DNA from: Candidatus Fermentibacterota bacterium
Lineage (GTDB): Bacteria > JAFGKV01
Direction: 5' to 3'
NCBI GenBank assembly: GCA_016928395.1
Contig: JAFGKV010000063.1
Span: forward strand, 1-64,000
DNA: 64,000 nucleotides
A model generated the notes under the pieces. The model searched no databases. It saw only the letters and a list, made by a program, of their open reading frames with translations, and was not told the DNA's origin. Both the position numbers and the translations under genes were made by a program. This document shows, piece by piece, positions 58,627 to 64,000 of the stretch; within the stretch, counting starts at the first letter, position 1; each line of letters begins with the position of its first letter.

Positions 58627-60347
58627 GGCGTAACCTCCTGGGCCTTGTCGGCCCATGTCACGAATCTCAGATCACCTTCGCGAGGCACTCCCGCCACATG
58701 CAGGGCGCCGTCCAAATACGTATCACCCAATGCAAACCAGAGAGATAGTGTGCCTTCAGGGTCTTGCTCGGCAAGCCGTACGGTGAAACGAAGCAGCCGA
58801 TTCCCTGACTTCATGACCGGGGCGAAATAAAACCGGTGATATCGCCTTGGCACAACCAGCTTCGATGGTACCGTGACGTCCCTAAGAACCCGGCTCGAAG
58901 CCTCATCGCGGAGAGTCATCACGATATCTGAGGCAGCCACCGTGCGACCCTCGAACACCAGATCCACAGCCCGCAGGCCCGGATGCGTACAATGAAATGT
59001 CTGCCCGACCTCAGCCCCGTGGGACAGCGTCTCCAGAACAATGCGGTCCGCAGAGCACTGGTGCGCATCCATCAGCAGTTCATCGGGCCACTCCGCGGGC
59101 CGGTAGTCCCCATGCAGTTGGCAGAGGGATACCACGTTGGATCCAACCAGCGCGATGGGTATCACAACCCCGAGACCAGGCAGGGGAAGCACGCCGATTC
59201 CGCGGGCCACGAGCAGGGAGATAACCCCTGCGAACGGGAAGAGGAACCTCCCCTGCACCTGGTGTGATGAAGAAAGAGTCAGCATCCAGCCGAGTACCGC
59301 GGCGATGAGCATGGGCCACAGAGACAACCACTGCCGGCCTGCGGCATGCGAACGCGCCATCCATCCCAGGGTGGCCAACACCAGTATCACGAGCCAGACT
59401 ATCTTCACCGCTGTTGCCGGCTCGATATCCATCCATCCGAAGCGAGCCCAGTATGAAGAGAAAAGGTCAGGGATCGCGGACAGATAGTCCTTGGAGAGCG
59501 TGTCAGGCAGCACTGCAATCCGCCCGATGAAGCCTCGCTGATCAACCCAGGCATGCCACCGGTGCAGAAGAACACCGGGTGCGGCCACGGCCGCCACACC
59601 CACGACAAACATGCCCAGAGCGCGTCCTGGTCGCCGTGGGCGAGCCGCAACCATGAGCAGAGGCGCACCGGCAAGATAGGGCGCCAGATTGAGCTTGACT
59701 CCGAAGCCGAGCACGGCCAAAGCTCCGGCAGCGCAAGCCCAGACACCACCGGCGGCGCCGGCGTGCACCGCCAGTGCGAGAACAAGACTCCCCATCACGA
59801 GCGCAAGAGTGTCATTGGTGACGCTGCTAGCGATGAACAACACTTGGGGAGTAAGCAGTGAGAGCCCTGTCGCCAGTATGACCTGGCTTTGCGTTCCCCC
59901 CAGCATCCGCGCCGTGAGGAACACGAGCACGCCCGATCCCATGGCGCAGGCAAGCCCGAGCAGCCTGAGCAGTGTCGCATGAAGAGGAGGATCAGAGGGC
60001 GCATCCAGCGTGAATCGCCGTGAACGTTCGACACAGCCCACGAACCGGGCAGGGCTGATGCTCCACTCGATGTCAGGGAGACGGCGCACAACCCATGTCG
60101 CCAGCCAGTAGTAGAACGGCGGCTGGACGGCCTCGTAGGTGACCACATTGGGAAACACGGGAGCACTGGCTACCGGCGGTGTCCGACCGAATCTCGCCTC
60201 ATACACGATCCGCGCCATATGACTTGGCTCATCGGGCTTTTCTCCAAACGGGACCACCATCGCGTAGCCCACGCCCAGCCCTAGGGCCGCAGCCACCAGC
60301 AGGGTGAGGCCGATCACAGAATGATCCCGGGGAATGCGTCTGGCCAC
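58623..60347 (-). CDS. GT-C fold membrane glycosyltransferase (DUF2142/GT39-like)
   Basis: PDEPSH, QPPFYY, SVTND, SYWARFGW, QGRFLFP; multi-TM. Confidence 0.8.
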   Translation of the reverse strand: MARRIPRDHSVIGLTLLVAAALGLGVGYAMVVPFGEKPDEPSHMARIVYEARFGRTPPVASAPVFPNVVTYEAVQPPFYYWLATWVVRRLPDIEWSISPARFVGCVERSRRFTLDAPSDPPLHATLLRLLGLACAMGSGVLVFLTARMLGGTQSQVILATGLSLLTPQVLFIASSVTNDTLALVMGSLVLALAVHAGAAGGVWACAAGALAVLGFGVKLNLAPYLAGAPLLMVAARPRRPGRALGMFVVGVAAVAAPGVLLHRWHAWVDQRGFIGRIAVLPDTLSKDYLSAIPDLFSSYWARFGWMDIEPATAVKIVWLVILVLATLGWMARSHAAGRQWLSLWPMLIAAVLGWMLTLSSSHQVQGRFLFPFAGVISLLVARGIGVLPLPGLGVVIPIALVGSNVVSLCQLHGDYRPAEWPDELLMDAHQCSADRIVLETLSHGAEVGQTFHCTHPGLRAVDLVFEGRTVAASDIVMTLRDEASSRVLRDVTVPSKLVVPRRYHRFYFAPVMKSGNRLLRFTVRLAEQDPEGTLSLWFALGDTYLDGALHVAGVPREGDLRFVTWADKAQEVTP

Positions 60348-60576
60348 TCTGGTCTCAGGTGTGGGGATGGGAAGGGCGAATCCGGCTCACACACAGAGCA
60401 TCCAGCCCAAAGAAAGGGGCGAGGGTCAGAATCAGGGGTTGTATCAGGAACGTGCACTCGTGTCCGTGCGCCTCTTCACCGTGTGGCTCGCTCGGCGTTC
60501 CAGCCGCCTGCTTCGCATATGCGGCGGCCCGTCGACACACCCGACCACCATTCCATGCACTCATCGTTGCGTTTTC

Positions 60577-61653
60577 CTACTTCCGTACCTTCGCAAGGAC
60601 CACAAGCCCGGCCGCAAGAAACACGATATCGGGCAGCCATGCCGCCACAACAGGCGGGAGACTCTGGTGATGGCCCATGGCCTGACATGCCCGGACGCTC
60701 CCGAAAAACGCGAAGCTGATGGCAATAGAGATACCAAAACTCAACGCCAGGCCCGAGCGTCGGGGTGTCGAAGCCAACGGCGCGCCGATGAGTACCATGA
60801 GGAGATTGGCCAAAGGAAAACTGAATCGGATGTGAAGCTCAACCTGCTGCTTTGCCGTAGGCAGACCCGAGCGACTTAGAGTGCGGATCAGGCGTCTCAG
60901 ATCGGCAACGCCCAGCTCTTCCGGCTGCCTGGGTTTCCTGAGCAACTCCTCGGGCGAGGCCGAGAGCCCGGTCGATCGAAAGGTGACAAAAGGAGCGACA
61001 TGCTCCCTGATCGGCGTGAAGACCCGCAGGTACCCGTGGCCCCAGTTCCATGATCCATCCCGGAACTGGGCATTGCCCGCATCCAACCGCCAGGCAACAA
61101 CCCCATCCTTCTCGGCAACGACGCCCATCCTCTCAGCCACTCCCCGCTCGGGATACAGCACGCCCAGATGATAGATTAGGCCGTCGCTTTGATGCACCAG
61201 GCTCCGCTCCGGCTCCGTCCCCAAGGCGGGCCGGTGTTCAATCTCGAATCGTCTAATGCGCCGGGCCCTGGCGTTGGTCTCCGGAAGGAGCCAGCCTCCC
61301 CCGAGGACAACCAGAAGGCTCAGCAGTATTCCGATCGCCCACAGGGGGAGCAGAAGCCGGTACAGGCTGACCCCGCTTGTCTTCATGGCAACCAGTTCGT
61401 TGTTCCTGGCCAATGATCCAACCGCCAGCATGGATGCAAGTAGCGTGGACATGGGCAGCGTCAGGATTATGATGTAGGGGCAGAGGTTCACATAGTAGAG
61501 AACGACGCGGTCAAGGGGTGCATCTCGATCGATGAACGTGTCGATATTGTCGAAGATATCCACCAGGAGGTACACAAAGACGAACCCCGCCAGCGTAATG
61601 GCGAGCACCCGCAGGAACTCCCTCCCGATGTATCGGTCGAAGACGGTACTCAT
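60577..61653 (-). CDS. lptG: LPS export permease LptG
   Basis: FDRYIGREF, LPMSTLLA, NELVAMKTSGVS, AAWLPD; follows lptF. Confidence 0.88.
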   Translation of the reverse strand: MSTVFDRYIGREFLRVLAITLAGFVFVYLLVDIFDNIDTFIDRDAPLDRVVLYYVNLCPYIIILTLPMSTLLASMLAVGSLARNNELVAMKTSGVSLYRLLLPLWAIGILLSLLVVLGGGWLLPETNARARRIRRFEIEHRPALGTEPERSLVHQSDGLIYHLGVLYPERGVAERMGVVAEKDGVVAWRLDAGNAQFRDGSWNWGHGYLRVFTPIREHVAPFVTFRSTGLSASPEELLRKPRQPEELGVADLRRLIRTLSRSGLPTAKQQVELHIRFSFPLANLLMVLIGAPLASTPRRSGLALSFGISIAISFAFFGSVRACQAMGHHQSLPPVVAAWLPDIVFLAAGLVVLAKVRK

Positions 61654-61660
61654 GCCGCCG

Positions 61661-62992
61661 TCAACTGGCCTTCTTCGAGTCGATTGCGGGAAGACGAAGC
61701 CTTGGGCGCCACTCCAGCATGACCACACCGACAAGATACAAGCCCACCGAGCCGACGATGGCATTGGCTGCCCACATGGCCACCGCAGGAGAGATGAAGC
61801 GTCGATCAGCGAGTTCCTCGCCGCCGATGAGGAATACGTAGTATACCACGAAGAAGATGAGACTCATGCCGAACCCCGTGCCCAGACCGCCGCGCCGCGT
61901 GATAACACCTATGGGCGCGCCGATTACCACGAACACCAGGCATGACACCGCGACACTAAACTTCTTCTGGATCTCCACGGCATAGCGACTGACATCCCTC
62001 TCCTTGTATTCGATGGTCTGCACTTCGTTCTGCAGCTTCATGGACATCCGAAGTTCGGCTGGGCCTCCCCATGCTGGTTCGGCATGCACCGTTCCCGTCA
62101 TCGGCCACAGCGGGCCCAGCGTGAAACTCAGGCGACTGTCCACCATATCAGTGATACGGCCGGTAAGCCCGTTGATCTCCTCGCGGAATCCTGCGATACG
62201 CTGTCGTATCTCTCGAGTCGTCATCTCCCGGTCGCTCTTGTAGCTGCGCTGCCGCTGCTCTAGCTGCAAATGGAGCCCGGCCAGGTTGAGGCTTGTCGTC
62301 TGAAACTGAAGGCGCAGATACCGGTCAGGAGTGGTCGGATCGATCTGGTGCATCTCTCCCTCATAGAGGTGCAGGGTGAGCATGTCCTCATCTGGTCGCG
62401 ACTCCAGCCGCCCGCGCTGGGCCAGGATGGTGCGGGGGCCTTCGTCCCCCTTGGCATCCTCGTACACCGTCACCCCGTGCAGGAGCCCTGTCTTTTCATC
62501 TTCCGAACGAATCAGAATGTGGTAGCCGGGAAAGTCATTGATGAATACCCCTGCCCGTATGTGCACCGCCGGCTTCTTGCGGCTGATGTCTGCGTACAGT
62601 GCCGCATACTCATGGTTCACCTGGGGCAGAATGACGTTGTTGAAGTACATCATGGCGGCAGAAAGAAGCCCGGCCGCCACCAGAGCCGGAAAGAGGAGAC
62701 GCCCCAAGCTGATGCCGCTGGTCTGTACCGCTACTGTCTCATTGTCGGCGCTCAACCTGCCGAACGCCATCAGCGTCGCCACCAAAGTCGACATGGGCAC
62801 GGTGAGCGCGAAGGTAAACGGCAGCATGAGGAATAGGAGCTTGGCCACGGCCCACAACGGCACGCCGCGCCCCAGCAGCATGTCGAACACCTTGAGGAGG
62901 TGGTTCATGATCAAGATGAACGTCAAAACCGTGAGGGCGCCCACAAAGGGCAATGCAAGCTCCTTTAGGACATAGCGGCTGAGAACGCGCAT
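61661..62992 (-). CDS. lptF: LPS export permease LptF
   Basis: LSRYVLKE, FGRLSADNE, EIQKKFS, AMWAAN. Confidence 0.88.
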   Translation of the reverse strand: MRVLSRYVLKELALPFVGALTVLTFILIMNHLLKVFDMLLGRGVPLWAVAKLLFLMLPFTFALTVPMSTLVATLMAFGRLSADNETVAVQTSGISLGRLLFPALVAAGLLSAAMMYFNNVILPQVNHEYAALYADISRKKPAVHIRAGVFINDFPGYHILIRSEDEKTGLLHGVTVYEDAKGDEGPRTILAQRGRLESRPDEDMLTLHLYEGEMHQIDPTTPDRYLRLQFQTTSLNLAGLHLQLEQRQRSYKSDREMTTREIRQRIAGFREEINGLTGRITDMVDSRLSFTLGPLWPMTGTVHAEPAWGGPAELRMSMKLQNEVQTIEYKERDVSRYAVEIQKKFSVAVSCLVFVVIGAPIGVITRRGGLGTGFGMSLIFFVVYYVFLIGGEELADRRFISPAVAMWAANAIVGSVGLYLVGVVMLEWRPRLRLPAIDSKKAS

Positions 62993-62994
62993 AC

Positions 62995-64000
62995 TTACGG
63001 GAGGGTAATGAGGCGATAGGCGCGAGATCCGAGACCTATTGCCTCTGCGTGGAGGAGTTGAACGGTCGGATCGATCTGCCGGTAGCCCCACTCTTGTAGC
63101 GGCCTGCCGGTGCGCTCCTTGATGAGATCCAGAGCGGCCTGGTCGATGGCCACCGGATCGCGGGAGGCCAAAAGCCCGATGTCGCCAAAAAGCGGAGGTC
63201 CGGGGTCCTCGATGCAGTCACAGTCCTTGGTGATTCGCAGGGCGATGACGACATAGCCGAATCGTGCTTCTCGGCCAAAAACCACCGCCAGCGCATGTTC
63301 GGCAATCTTCTGCTGCAGGGCTTGGGACGAGGCCTTCCAGTCAAACCCAACGGCGCCGAACCGGCACACGGCCAAGCACTCCCCGCATCCGATGCAGCGA
63401 GCCTGGTCGATGCTCGCCCGTTCTGTCACAGTGATGGCATCCTCCGGGCACCACAGGGCGCATTCTCCGCACGCGGTACAGACCTTCGCTCGGATGAACG
63501 GCTTGGACACCGAGTGCATGGCCAGTTTGCCCTTGCGCGCCGCGAGCCCCATGCCCAGGCTCTTGATGACGCCGCCGAATCCCGTGGCGAGGTGGCCGGT
63601 GGCATGCGCGATGACGAGAACGCCGTGGGCTCTCCTTGCCATGCCGGCCACCGCGATGGGCGCGGGTCCCACTGCGGGCACGGCGACGGGTTCTTCGTCG
63701 GTGCCAAGCAAACCGTCAGCCACCAAGAATGGCGCCCCCGCCCTTTCCACCGAGTACCCGTGCTCGTGGGCGAGGATGGTGTGGTTCACCGCGTCGTCCC
63801 TGCGGGACTTGTACAGGACGCAGGTGTCCGTGAAAAACGGGTGCGCCCCCCTGGCATGGGTCTCGCTGGCGCACTCAGCCGCCAGTTCCTGACCCAGAAA
63901 CTGTCGCTTCCGCGTCTCTCCGATATGCACCTTGATGCCCACCAGGTCTCCATGCCCGAGGCGGGAGAGGATGCCTGACGCGCCAAGCAGAGCTCGCATA
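62995..64000 (-). CDS. DUF362 domain Fe-S protein with two ferredoxin motifs (probably 5'-truncated by the window edge)
   Basis: IKVHIGE, CTACGECALWCP, CIGCGECLAVC, CDC, DIGLLASRDPVAIDQA. Confidence 0.85.
   Translation of the reverse strand, partial: MRALLGASGILSRLGHGDLVGIKVHIGETRKRQFLGQELAAECASETHARGAHPFFTDTCVLYKSRRDDAVNHTILAHEHGYSVERAGAPFLVADGLLGTDEEPVAVPAVGPAPIAVAGMARRAHGVLVIAHATGHLATGFGGVIKSLGMGLAARKGKLAMHSVSKPFIRAKVCTACGECALWCPEDAITVTERASIDQARCIGCGECLAVCRFGAVGFDWKASSQALQQKIAEHALAVVFGREARFGYVVIALRITKDCDCIEDPGPPLFGDIGLLASRDPVAIDQAALDLIKERTGRPLQEWGYRQIDPTVQLLHAEAIGLGSRAYRLITLP

Overview
A GC-rich, gene-dense bacterial chromosome segment from a diderm (lptF/lptG, lspA), probably anaerobic organism. 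Two secreted proteins end in T9SS/FlgD-like tails, which hints at an FCB-affiliated candidate lineage (inference only). Most of the window is housekeeping: uvrA, gcvT-H-PA-PB plus a lipoyl ligase, rluD-lspA-divIVA-yggS, rplY-pth-hppA-rpsF-ssb-ssb-rplI, rtcB, lptFG, and redox/stress genes. I found no rRNA, tRNA, CRISPR array or transposase. Best candidates for undescribed biology: (1) a GlmL-like ASKHA ATPase with a barrel-sandwich-hybrid partner and a small helical protein, appended to the gcv/lipoyl operon with no B12 mutase in the window; (2) four uncharacterised membrane genes (DUF6754-like) that look like two paralog pairs and may work with (1). Other notable items: tandem ssb paralogs with rpsR missing, a pilin gene with a sigma54 motif inserted between a kinase and its response regulator, a secreted protein with about ten ~39-aa repeats, a perfect 38-bp nested palindrome, and GTAG-type REP-like elements with nested hairpins. 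All assignments come from reading motifs by eye, not from database searches. Start codons are best guesses.
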